NCBI RefSeq assembly: GCF_001194135.2
Contig: NC_068983.1
Coordinates: forward strand, 120,440,552 to 120,504,551
Direction of reading: 5' to 3'
Length of the DNA: 64,000 nucleotides
DNA from: Octopus bimaculoides
Lineage: Eukaryota
Part shown: in pieces, positions 27,411 through 39,079 of the stretch
Layout: each line of letters starts with the position of its first letter
Numbering within the stretch: position 1 is the first letter of the stretch
Translations under genes and position numbers: made by a program
Notes under the pieces: generated by a model
What the model saw: the letters and a program-made list of their open reading frames with translations, nothing else
What the model was told of the DNA's origin: nothing
Databases searched by the model: none

Positions 27411-27994
27411 TAGTTTAGCAGAAAGGATGCTAGATGACAAAGCATTTAGCATTCTTATGTCCGGTTTCATCAGTCAACTCTGCTTTCATACCTCTAAATC
27501 TATAAAAAATAGGTATTAGCAATATGGTGTAAATTTATTTGATTGTCTCTACCCGAATTACTCCCCTATATATTTCTGAGCTTATGCTAATGTAAGAAAT
27601 CAATGTTTTTGACAACTGAATTTCTGATTGTATTTCATTAAATTGTTAGTTTCTGCTTTACTATGCATATAGGTAAATCATGTCTTTCATTAGTCTATTA
27701 TTGTTTATAGTTACTAGTGCATGACCAGTTGTTTTATAACTATCACCTTGCTTCATAGAAATATATATATATATATATATATATGTAAATTTTATTATAT
27801 GTATTTATTTTCTCTTAGTTAATAAATAACTCAGACAAAATAAATTGGTTAATAGATACCAGGGTAGCAAGGATCATAAAATGACTGTGGTGTAACTCCT
27901 GTGTATGAGGTAGAAACTCCTTGTTATTTTGGGTACTTGAGTAAATATATAAATTTAGTAGATGGAGTAAAACGTATATGTTAACAATACTTTT

Positions 27995-28084
27995 ATTTCC
28001 AACATATGTTTCGAAGATTACAGATTATACCTTCCATAGGAATAGGTGATGTTGATAAGAATGTAATCTTCTCTTCAGGGAAAT
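27995..28084 (-). ncRNA. Type I hammerhead ribozyme with canonical core (family 2), structurally intact
   Basis: atttcc-CTGAAGA-gaagattaca(loop)tgtaatcttc-GAAA-catatg-TT-ggaaat: 6-bp stem I, 10-bp stem II with G10.1-C11.1, palindromic ACATATGT stem III. Confidence 0.85.
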
Positions 28085-28224
28085 GCATGGGAACCAGCTT
28101 AACTGTAAGACATTTTAACCGAATATGATAACTGTAGTTAGAGAAGATTGTTACGTAACAATCTTCTCTAACTACAGTTATCATATTCGGTTAAAATGTC
28201 TTACAGTTAAGCTGGTTCCCATGC

Positions 28225-28309
28225 ATTTCCCTGAAGAGAAGATTACATTCTTATCAACATCACCTATTGGAAGGTATAATTTGTGATCTTTGAAACATAT
28301 GTTGCAAAT
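28225..28309 (+). ncRNA. Second, degenerate copy of the family 2 hammerhead (host-sense)
   Basis: Same core; G10.1.U11.1 (28291), extra wobble (28285) and a C-C mismatch in stem I (28305). Confidence 0.65.
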
Positions 28310-28354
28310 AAAAGTATTCAGTTAACATATGCGTTTTACTCCATTTACTAAATT

Positions 28355-28396
<42 letters not shown>

Positions 28397-29109
28397 AGAA
28401 AGAATTAAGTAAAACAATATTGAAATAAAAGAAACCTTTAATAGATCAAAGTACTTTCTTTTTTTAACATCCTCTTTACATTGCTATCTGACACAGTCTC
28501 TTTAGGGTGAATTTAGTTTTTGAGTGATTGATGGCTATAAAAATGACTATGTAAATAATCATTCAACTATTTTCCTGGGATGATTGAATGAAGGAAGTTG
28601 AGATGGACAGTGTCTGTGAATTGTCTAGTTTACTTGTGCATTGGGTGTGAGTTCAATGTAAAATCAGTGATAGATAGGTAGCTAGATACTTCTTTTATTA
28701 CAATATTACAACATTGGAAAAAAATGTATGAATCTAAATTTTGGCTTTCTTTCCAACAGCGTTATGTCTCTCAGTATGTACGAATGTATGTACACAGATA
28801 AATGCATAAATTTCTTATTTTCTATAGTTGTCTTAATACATTAACTAAATGTCTTTAATAATCCTGTTGAGAAACTAAGGTTAATGTAGTGATAGACAGG
28901 ACATGATGTTTGGAAATGTGTAGGAACGATATCGGCTTCTATATAACAGATGGCCTTTTCTTGAATGTGCCCTACCACCTTGACTCAACATTCCTGTTCC
29001 TCAAATTAGAAAGTGATTGTGTTGCTGGGATATGAGTTTACTGTTTCTTTGTTTCTGAATTTCTGAGATTTTAAATTTGAAGAAACCTAAAAATAACCTT
29101 TCTATATAT

Positions 29110-29310
29110 GCACAAGGCCTGAAATTAGAGGGATGGGGTCTTGTTGATTACATAGACCTCACTGTTCAACTGGTACTTATTTTGACTCCGAAAGGATGAA
29201 AGGCAAAGTTGACCTCAGTGGAATTTGAACTCAGAATGTAAAGACAAACAAGATGCAACTAAGCATTTTGTCTGGTGTGCTAACAATTCTGCCAGCTCTC
29301 CATCTTAGGA
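29110..29310 (-). mobile_element. tRNA-derived SINE
   Basis: ggatgaaaggcaaagttgacctcagtggaatttgaactcagaa, reverse complement of the 7027 family. Confidence 0.85.
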
Positions 29311-30494
29311 AATGTGAAAATATGACTGAAACCATTTGCAAACATAACACTTATATATGTTATGTATATGTAGCTATAAAGGAAATGAAAATAAAAAGTC
29401 AAGGGTTAGTGTGTAATCATTAAATGAATTTATGTACATATACTTACTGTATGTATAATGTATTTTTTAACAGTTTTGGTTTAACAACTAACTAGGACAA
29501 GGATCTATTTAAATTGTTAGATTTTGGTCTGGTTGTATGTGCGGGGTATAAATGAGTGTACAAATTTCTGTCTAGCTCACAGTGCAGTTCTCTTTAACGT
29601 AGCTCACAATTCAGTTGTTTTGGTTTCTTTTAGAAACACACATTATAGATATATTCTCTTGCTATATTTAACTGATTTTATTAAATTGTTGATTTTTTAA
29701 AGTGATTTCTGCTACATTTCTTGTAAATTTACACTAAGAATGTCTGATCTTTATCTGATCTTTTTGTTTTTTATCTGTTTAATTAGCTGGGAAATTTAAC
29801 AAAGAACAATTTTTATAACCTTTGCTAGGACTATGACATGGTTTAGATATTGATGGGCAATATCCCCACTTAAACATGAATATTCTGTTGGAACACAGAA
29901 ACACGCACACCAAAATATTAATCTTTGAAATTTTTCTTGCCTCTCCAAACTTCTATTTCAGACTATTCAAATGTCTGTAACGTTTACATTTATTTTCCCA
30001 AAACAATTTTTTGTGAATTCAGTTTCAAACAGATGAATCTGCATAAGANNNNNNNNNNNNNNNNNNNNNNNNNNNNNNNNNNNNNNNNNNNNNNNNNNNN
30101 NNNNNNNNNNNNNNNNNNNNNNNNNNNNNNNNNNNNNNNNNNNNNNNNNNNNNNNNNNNNNNNNNNNNNNNNNNNNNNNNNNNNNNNNNNNNNNNNNNNN
30201 NNNNNNNNNNNNNNNNNNNNNNNNNNNNNNNNNNNNNNNNNNNNNNNNNNNNNNNNNNNNNNNNNNNNNNNNNNNNNNNNNNNNNNNNNNNNNNNNNNNN
30301 NNNNNNNNNNNNNNNNNNNNNNNNNNNNNNTGCTGATGTTTGAAATAAGCACTCATCCCAGATTATGATTGTGCATAAAAAAATTATTTCCAATCTTTTC
30401 AATTATACTACTTTGATATATTTGAGAAAAGAGTTTTGTAAAACGTCAAAAACTAAACAGATTATGATGCAAGCTGGACTAAGTACATAGTGAC

Positions 30495-30660
30495 ATTTTG
30501 TCCGTCTTTACATTCTGAGTTCAAATTCTGCTGAAGTTGATTTTGCAGTTCATCCTTTCTGGATCGATAACAATAAATACCAGTTGAGTACTGGGTTGAC
30601 ATATTTGACTCATCCTCTCCCTTGAAATTGTTGGCCTTGTTCCAAAATTTGCAACCCTTT
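30495..30660 (+). mobile_element. tRNA-derived SINE, 5'-degenerate
   Basis: ctgagttcaaattctgctgaagttgattttgcagttcatcctttc. Confidence 0.75.
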
Positions 30661-33009
30661 TTTTTTTATTTTTATTTTTTGTAGCAAAATATCCAACCCA
30701 AATAAATAGACGTGTTTTAATAATGAAAGCTTTTATATAGTACCTACTCTTTGACAAGAATTTTTCCAAATATTTTCCAGAGCAAAATATCAAACTAAAT
30801 AATGAAAAGCAATGTGCATTCAATTATGACAGCTTCAATATGCTTTTCTTCTTACATTCTAACTGCAACATAGGTGATAAAACCTATATCTTCTCTCTCT
30901 CTTTGAAAAAGGATGTGTTAGTTAGGTTTTTTTTCACTTTTCTTTCTGTCACTCTATTTTTGTCAGGTTTCACAACAGTTCTAAATGACTACTACATGAA
31001 TGGAAATACTGAACAATTTAGGTTTTCATAAGCAAACTACATTATTGCCAATGACAAGCTGTGTGTCTTTGTGTGCATGCACACTTATAGCATTTCCGCA
31101 GTCTCAAAGATATCTTATTTAGAGCTGCTCAAAGTGTTGAAAGATACTTTCTGTATGAAGTGATACATTTCTGGAAAAAAATGGAATTAACACTGTCACA
31201 TTTTAAATAGGCTTTGACTTTCTGTATAAAGCACCAGTGATCTGTTCTGCATCTACTGAATAGTAATAATTGTTACTATAGTAGCAATTCAATGGTTATA
31301 ATGTGAAATTTGTTTCACAAAAGTGTAATGAGACGGTGTGTTAATCAGTCTTAACCATGAGGTTCAGATGGAAGCACTTTTTGTACCATATTTCTGTTGA
31401 AATACATTACTTAATGAAGAATTATCTTTGTCATTAACATAAACTAGCATGAAATTTTGATAGATTTTTAAATCACTTTGATGTTTGTATCATAGAATGA
31501 AGGACACTCTCAGGTTGGTTAGTTTCAAAATGGTTAAAAAGAAAATGCTGGCAAGGTAGTTTAACAGTTGTGTATCTTTTTGTATTTATTAAACACCTAC
31601 CTGATTGCACTACAGTGATTTAGAAAGCTGTGATTATTGATAATGTTGCTCTTGGCTCAATCATCTCTACCAATAAGTTGCCAAGTAATAATGGCCTGAC
31701 CAACCAGCTGAGGTGTAGTTCATCTACCCCACCGCTTTACATTTTTCTCTTCAGATACTGATGTTTTTGACTATGGAAATAGCAATTTTGCCAAAATAAA
31801 TAAGCAGATCAAAATTTTAATTCCATCTCATTCCTTTTCATTTTACACTTGTTTTAAGAAAATTTTCTTAGAAAAAAACAAGACAAAACAAAAAAGATTG
31901 AAGCTTTCAGAGGTTTTAAGTAAATCAGGATCAACCAGTGATATAAAGCATTTATAGGTAAAGCATTGCACAGAGAAGCTTATAGTATGACAGGTGATAA
32001 ACCTATTGCTAATTCATAAGTTTTTAAACCATAATTCTGATATCTGTCCCCAATAATTTGTAGTTTTTGTCTAATTCACTCAAATAACATGCTACAAAAA
32101 ATTCTTTTTCAAAAATATCCTTTCCTATTTGTCATGTATTATGTTCCAAAATTTCATTAATCGGATTACTTTCATCATAGAAAATGAAAACATTAAAGTA
32201 ATACTTTCAATATTGAATACACTTGATATTTTGATTAAATTAAAACAAAAATAAAATGCTACATAATGAAAAGAAAAATATTTTTACAAAAAAAATATTT
32301 TTCAGATTCTGAATCCAAAGTTAGAAAACTTAAAACTCTGAAGACCATTGAAAAGTCTAAGAAAAAATAGAAAATTTTTTCCCTGCTGAATCATAGACTG
32401 TTTAAAGCAAAGAAAAATATTTTGAGAAAGTCAAAACTAAAGTTAGAACCAATAGTACATTTGAAATTTTGAAAAGATTTTATTTTTGCAGAATCATAAT
32501 TATGCGACACCAGCTTGGGTGCTCACTATGCAGCACCAGCACTTGTAACACAAAGATCTCTCAGCTGAGAGAAGTCAGGTTATGGCAATAAAGGACCTAC
32601 CTGTGTGGATGGATGGCTGGGATTTTTAGCTTGATGTGTCTTAAGTACAGCAAATCACCACAAATCTTGGTCCCTTGTCATCTCCTCGGTGAGGCTCAGC
32701 ATCTGAAGATCCTTTCTCACCACTTCATCCCTTATCTTCCTGGGTCTACCCCTTCCAAGGTTCCCTCTGTTAATAAAATAACTACCAGGGATATATTAGG
32801 CTTGATTCAATCAGTTATCCATACCTTTTCCCTAAAAATTTGGGTCCATATTACAATACAACACCACTGAATGAGGACACAGTCAGGTTAATCCTGGATA
32901 TGTGGGATTCCTTGATTGGTAGCTGTCTTCCTTTTGGAACAGTTAATTTTGTACCTTCTGTTTTATGCATAAACTCCTAAAATCTTTGTAATTTGTCCTT
33001 GTAATGCTG

Positions 33010-33470
33010 CCTTATCTACTACCCTTGTGACAAATAAATTGTTTCTATTATAATAGTAATCCTATTATAGGCACAAGTCTTTAAATTTTTGGGGAGGGGT
33101 CAAGCCCTCCCCCCAGTGTTTCACTGGTACTTAATTTATCGACCCTGAAAGGATGAAAGGCAAAATACCATTAAGCATTTTGTCCAGTTTACTAACAATT
33201 CTGCCAGCTTGCCACTAAGTGAGCTTAAGGGTATTTATGCCCATCTGTATGTTCCTGAGTTTAAATAAACCAACTTAGTAGATGGTGGAAAAAATCCCTT
33301 GTATTTCTGCTGCCGCTCTACATTCTGAGTTCAACTCCCATCAAGATCAGCCAGAGGGATAGACGAAATTTATCTTGATAGAACAAAGTACCTGTGTAGT
33401 ACTGGGTTGATGTAATTTTCTAACTCCCTTTTCTCAATTACTGGCCTTGTGCCTGAATTAGAATTGTCTT
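33010..33470. mobile_element. Divergent pair of SINE copies (about 33010-33215 minus, 33300-33470 plus)
   Basis: Same family motifs in opposite orientation; both degenerate. Confidence 0.6.
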
Positions 33471-34693
33471 TATTGTACATTTGTTTCTATAAGTAATTTT
33501 CAAAATTTTCAGCATTTCCAAACTTAGCTTGTAAGAATTAACATCAGTGAAATGGAAAATGCCAGTTATACAGATCATATACTTTGGTTAGCTAGTTTGT
33601 TTTGTAAAGGTAAAAAAAAAAAAAATGCAGCAAATTTATTTATAGTAAAAAAATTGTAGTTTATCTACCATAAAAGTGGATTCATATTTTTATGACTATA
33701 TTCATTATTTACTGAATGGTCCAGTTTTGTCATCTGTTAAGTCATCAGTTTAATTTTGAAATCTTTTTCTCTTCATCCATCATTAAATTTTCAATGTCTA
33801 TTATTTATAATCTAAGTTTAGAAGGAATTTCTATCAGACTATTCATTTATTTTTAGCTTCTCATTTTTAGCAAAAGGTTTTATAGGCTGGCAAATGGTTG
33901 GAATGTTTAAAAAAAAAAAAATTTGGGGGGGTATTTTTAATTTCAAGTTGTATTTTGCAGGGTTTGAAAGAATATTAATGATCTACAATGTTTAGCCTTC
34001 AGTGGCACATTGACTTCATGTTGGGTCAATATGCAACAAACAAGCCAACTACCATTTTACTTGAGAAAATGAATGTAGATGTTATTAAGTGCAGTTGCAT
34101 ATGGCAGACTAAGAAATTTGACAAATTTTGAAGTCACATGGCAATGAATGGGTTGACCAGTCAGTATTGCAAATGGTGTATAAAGTCTTTATACACCATT
34201 TGCAATACTGACTGGTCAACAGCTGTTGTATGTGGTTTGAGCATACTTGAAATAAGAGCACATGTTTTTGTTCAAGTCAGTATTTTTGTCTTTTTAATAG
34301 CCAGTTTCCTCAAATATGCATAAATCAGACCAAACTATGACATCACTTGTAACCTTTTAGCTTGTTTCCGTTTGTGGATGGGATTTATATTAGATTTCTT
34401 AGTGTATATGCTTAAAATTCCTAAAACTTTTAATGAAAAACAAACCTGTTCTACTTGATGTGGTATCTAGATTGTGCTGCTATTTCTTGCACAGATATTC
34501 TCAACCTTCCTTGCATCATGTACTCTTTCCACCATAGTTCAGAATGTTGTTGCTCACATTCAAGATTGTCTGAATTAAAATGGTGCATTCCAAATAATAT
34601 GCATATACTATTAAATCTTACAGTTCTATATTTAAGAGATGAGGAATTATGTACATTATTTACATTTGACAGATATTTGTCCTCATCTTGTTT

Positions 34694-34739
34694 AACACAA
34701 CGTTTCGGCTGATATACCCTCCAGCCTTCATCAGGTGTC
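34694..34739 (-). ncRNA. Minimal type I hammerhead (family 1), structurally intact
   Basis: gacac-CTGATGA-A-ggctg(gagggtatat)cagcc-GAAA-cg-TT-gtgtt. Confidence 0.75.
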
Positions 34740-34947
34740 TTGGGAAAATTTTGAACCTGGGTTCTCATTCCTAAAGTATTTTTCGATATTATTCAGGTTA
34801 CTGCTTGGAATCAAACTTGGAATCTTGGGGTTAGTTGCCCGCGCTCTTAACCTCAAGATTCTGAGTTCGATTCCAAGCAGTGACCTGAATAATAATAATA
34901 TCGAAAAAAACCTTAGGAATGAGAACCCAGGTTTGAAATTTCCTCAA

Positions 34948-34988
34948 GACACCTGATGAAGGCTGGAGGGTATATCAGCTGAAACGTT
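34948..34988 (+). ncRNA. Family 1 hammerhead copy lacking the stem I 3' strand (host-sense)
   Basis: Core and stem II present, but gaaacgtt is followed by aaaaac; gtgtt is missing. Confidence 0.6.
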
Positions 34989-35209
34989 AAAAACAAACAA
35001 AGCTATAGAAAATGTTGGTTGGTTATTTTTTTTTTTGTCGTAATTACTTCAGACTAAATTTATTGAAGCATACTTCAATAAAGAAAATCTATAGAATGCT
35101 AAAATATTGATATTTATTTAAACCTGATGGTCACATAATCACTGAGAAATCTGATAATTTTTTCATGAATTGAAAAGCGCTTCAAAGGGCAATTTATAAT
35201 TTGAATTGT

Positions 35210-35823
35210 TTGAATACAAGCAACAATGTACATAGTTGTTTAGTAGAAACTATAGCTGAATACAAGCAACAATATACATGGTTGTTTAGTAGAAACTATA
35301 GCTGAATACAAACAACGTACGTAGTTGTTTAGTAGATACTATAGCTGGATACAAGCAACAATATACATAGTCGTTTAGTAGAAACTATAGCTGAATACAA
35401 ACAACGTACGTAGTCGTTTAGTAGAAACTATAGCTGAATACAAGCAACAACGTATGTAGTTGNNNNNNNNNNNNNNNNNNNNNNNNNNNNNNNNNNNNNN
35501 NNNNNNNNNNNNNNNNNNNNNNNNNNNNNNNNNNNNNNNNNNNNNNNNNNATTGTTTGAATACAAGCAACAATGTACATAGTTGTTTAGTAGAAACTATA
35601 GCTGAATACAAGCAACAATATACATGGTTGTTTAGTAGAAACTATAGCTGAATACAAACAACGTACGTAGTTGTTTAGTAGATACTATAGCTGGATACAA
35701 GCAACAATATACATAGTCGTTTAGTAGAAACTATAGCTGAATACAAACAACGTACGTAGTCGTTTAGTAGAAACTATAGCTGAATACAAGCAACAACGTA
35801 TGTAGTTGTTTAGTAGATACTAT
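35210..35823. repeat. 43-46 bp tandem repeat spanning a gap
   Basis: Unit gaatacaagcaacaatgtacatagttgtttagtagaaactatagct and a 43-bp variant; the two gap flanks are near-identical. Confidence 0.9.
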
Positions 35824-36253
35824 GACTTCTTGATTGTTGGTTTCAATACCAACACTGGGACAGATTGAACTTGACTGTTCAGATTTTCAATTGTTAGTGT
35901 TTGCTCTACCCCAGAGATTGTATTGAAGTATCTTATTCATCAAATGTCCAGACATAGCTTGTTATAAACGGTTTGGTTGTGAGATAATCCATCTGTGAGC
36001 ATTGTTGCTTATTAAGGTTATCTAGAATTACATTGTCTTTCCCATTTTCTTGTCTATTGATATTCACGTTTTTCCTATTTGATTGATCAGTAGATCAACT
36101 TAATCACTACTATGTACATCGTGTTCAAATTTCATGATGGAAAAAAAAAAAAATAATACTAATACTAATGCTTCATCTGTTGAAAACTCGTGTGTACAAG
36201 CTGGTGAGAGCTGCAGGAAATAGCAACCAAGTTTCCCGTCTTCAGCAAAGGTA

Positions 36254-36806
36254 TTGGATCTTTTTTAAAACGGGGGCCACATTTTTCATTAACGAAACAC
36301 TTTGAAACTTGGAACACTGGTAGAATGTGTCATATAAAACATCTTTTTCTCTTAGTCTTCTTAAAAAAAAAAAGAAATCCCTAAGTTATTCCATGTTAAA
36401 GTTGTCGTATTTCTGTAATTTCAACCAATCACTTACAAGTATTCAGTTGTTTACATTTACTCCTTTGGCTGATTAAGCCATAGCTTCNNNNNNNNNNNNN
36501 NNNNNNNNNNNNNNNNNNNNNNNNNNNNNNNNNNNNNNNNNNNNNNNNNNNNNNNNNNNNNNTAAAACGAAGCTATGGCTTAATCAGCCAAAGGAGTAAA
36601 TGTAAACAACTGAATACTTGTAAGTGATTGGTTGAAATTATCGAAATAAGACAATTTTTTACATGAAATAAATTTGAATACAAAAATATTATTCTGTTCT
36701 ATAACACAAAATAGATAAGTATACGAAGTTTGAAAGTCTTTCGGTACCAAAAACACTACGTAAAACATTAATGAAAAATGTGGCCCACATTTTAAAAAAG
36801 ATCCAA
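36254..36806. mobile_element. MITE-like element with long inverted arms across a gap
   Basis: ttggatcttttttaaaa.. / ..ttttaaaaaagatccaa; inner arms 36416-36487 and 36569-36640; GGTA directly repeated on both flanks. Confidence 0.75.
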
Positions 36807-37587
36807 GGTATTAGATAATGCAGTCATAAATATCCCTAAATAGATTTACACTTGCTCAATTAATTGACCTAGGTAGGGCTAAATGATGGCAACTTCATGA
36901 TGGTGAGAATTTGCGTAAAAAAAAAAAAAAAATTGCATGGTCAAGATTGACCATTAATCATTTGACTGTATTCTCCTATTGTATGTGATATATGCTAAAG
37001 CCAATGGGCGTTGCCAGAAGGAGAGCAACGGAGGTCATGTGAACAGAAAGATGATTAGTGTAGGCTGTTTTTTTTTGCTTTGGGGCTGTTGCTTGTGATA
37101 GACATGATAGCCATGTGAGTTGAGAGAATTTCCCATTAAGTTTTGGTTAGTTTAGGTGGGTAGGGCTCCAATAGATATATCCTAGCTGGAAAGGACTGAC
37201 GTTATGAGAGGACCCATGAGGTAGGTGAATTATTCATTTTTTACCACCATAACACAGCATACATCACTGCTTCAGTGTATGAGCAACAAACCAGAAATTG
37301 CATACTCTAGGACATGTGACAAACTGCTTTGTTTCAGCATGGCACATGTGATCACCTAGCTGTGTGGGCAACTTGGTGCTGTGTTACCAAGGGGTATCTG
37401 GGCAACGATGTACTTCATCCTCTATGGAAGGGGGTCTCTAATCAGCAGGCTGAGGATCATTTTGGCAGCTACACTGTACAGAATAAATTTTAAAATTTCA
37501 TTTCTATTCTGTTGACATGTGAAAAACTAGATGCTGTGCATGAAACTGAACTGTTTAATGTTTGACTTTCTACTGAATCTTTTCCAG

Positions 37588-37777
37588 GTTGTGCAGTTAC
37601 AGGAGACAATCAGATTTTTGTAGCTGGCGGGACATTGCGTAAGGTGAACTATCGTGGCTCCCAACCTGAAGGCTTATCCAGTAATCTTGTTATGTTTGAT
37701 CAAGTTAGTGCTTCTTGGATAGTCAAGGCAAGGATGAAGAGTCCACGTACACAGTTTTGCCTCACCATTGTTGATGG
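37588..37777 (+). CDS. Kelch-like protein, coding exon 2
   Basis: ttttccAG acceptor; GCAVTGDNQIFVAGG..FDQVSASWIVKARMKSPRTQFCLTIVDG; phase 1 in, phase 2 out. Confidence 0.93.
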
Positions 37778-37941
37778 GTGTGTTTTGATTTTTCTCAATT
37801 CAGTTATGTTTTATGGGGTTTTTTTTACCCTCTTAAATTGTTTATGTACTCTTGTCTGTGCATATCTATATAGATGCGTGTGTGTACATGCTCGTGTGTG
37901 TGAGAGCATGTAACTCTTTATCTTGTCAAGATTTAATTCAG

Positions 37942-37973
<32 letters not shown>

Positions 37974-38029
37974 CTAATCTCTATAATTTTATGAGTGACA
38001 GAATAAACTGTTTACATCCCTGATTACTC

Positions 38030-39079
38030 ATGCTCATCATTTAATGTCTGCTTTTCATGCTGGCATGGGTTGGATGGTTTGACTGAGGACTGGTGAGCCA
38101 GATGGCTGCACCAGGCTCTAATCTGATCTGGCAGTTTCTACAGCCGGATGCCCTTCCTAACGCCAACTGCTCTGATAGTGTAGTAGGTGTTTTTACATGC
38201 AACTGGCACGAGGGCCAGTCAGGCGGTACTGGCGACGGCCATGCTCAAATGGTGTTTTTATGTGCCACCTGCACAGGAGCCAGTCCAGTGGCAATGGCAC
38301 CAACCTCACTTGAATGTTTTTCACGTGCCACTAACACAAGTGCCAGTAAGGTGATGCTGGTAACGATCATGCTTGAATGGTGCTTTTTATGTGCCTCTGG
38401 CACGGGATCCAGTCGGTGGCCCTGGCAACAGTCACGTTCAGATGGTGCTTTTAAAGTTCCACTGGCACAGGTGCCAGTCAGGTGGTGCTGTCATCGGCCA
38501 CATCAGCAAATTTGATTTCGATTGTCATTTCACTTGCCTCAACAGGTCTTTGCAAGCAATGCATAAGTCGGCTGGTTACACCACTGGCATAGGCCACGGG
38601 TTATGATCTCACTTGGCTTGCCGGGTCTTCTCAAGCACAGCATATTTCCAAAGGTCTTGCTCACTAGCCATTACCTCGGTGAGGCCCAATGTTTGAAGGT
38701 CGTGCTTCACCACCTCATCCCAGGTCTTCCTGGGTCTACCTCTTCCACAGATCACCTCAACTGCTAGGGTGTGACACTTTTTCACACAGCTGTCATCATC
38801 CATTCGCACCACATGTCCATACCAGTGCTGTCGTTTCTCTTGGACACCACATCTGATGCTTCTTAGGTTTAAATTTTCTCTCAAGGCACTTACACTCTGT
38901 TGTGTATGCACACTGACATTACATATCCAGCGGGGCATACTAGCTACATTCCTTGCAAGCTTAGGCATGTCCTCAACAGTCACCACCCATGTTTCACTGC
39001 CATGTAGCATGGCTGTTCGTACATATGCATCATACAGTCTACCTTTTACTCTGAGCGAGAGGCTCTTCGTCACCAGCAA
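38030..39079 (-). mobile_element. 5'-truncated RTE LINE (ORF C-terminus 38609-39079 plus 3' UTR)
   Basis: KGRLYDAYVRTAMLHGSETW..HWYGHVVRM..GRGRPRKTW motifs. Confidence 0.9.

Larger units (their letters stand above)
27945..28361. repeat. About 417-bp spacerless palindrome (fold-back of a hammerhead-bearing element)
   Basis: Centre ttac|gtaa at 28154/28155; inner arms 28041-28154 and 28155-28268 exactly complementary; outer arms show six substitutions and two indels by my count. Confidence 0.95.
34620..34995. mobile_element. Head-to-head fold-back of a tRNA-headed, hammerhead-bearing SINE-like element
   Basis: Arms about 34699-34833 and 34848-34988 are inverted copies around a 14-nt loop; B-box gagttcgattcc at 34863-34874; left copy keeps the tail ..tctcttaaatatagaactg. 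Confidence 0.85.

Noticed and set aside
27455-27480. Minus-strand CTGATGA as a hammerhead
   Set aside because: No paired stem II/GAAA; lies in a SINE-like remnant
34981-34995. Element truncated exactly at the ribozyme cleavage site
   Set aside because: Downstream aaaaacaaacaa still aligns to the element, so a 5-nt slip deletion between GTT repeats is the simpler explanation
35210-35823. CRISPR-like array (palindromic repeated units)
   Set aside because: Units are contiguous with no unique spacers, there are no cas genes, and the context is eukaryotic
38609-39079. 156-aa host gene
   Set aside because: It is the C-terminus of a truncated RTE LINE ORF, with related copies elsewhere in the window
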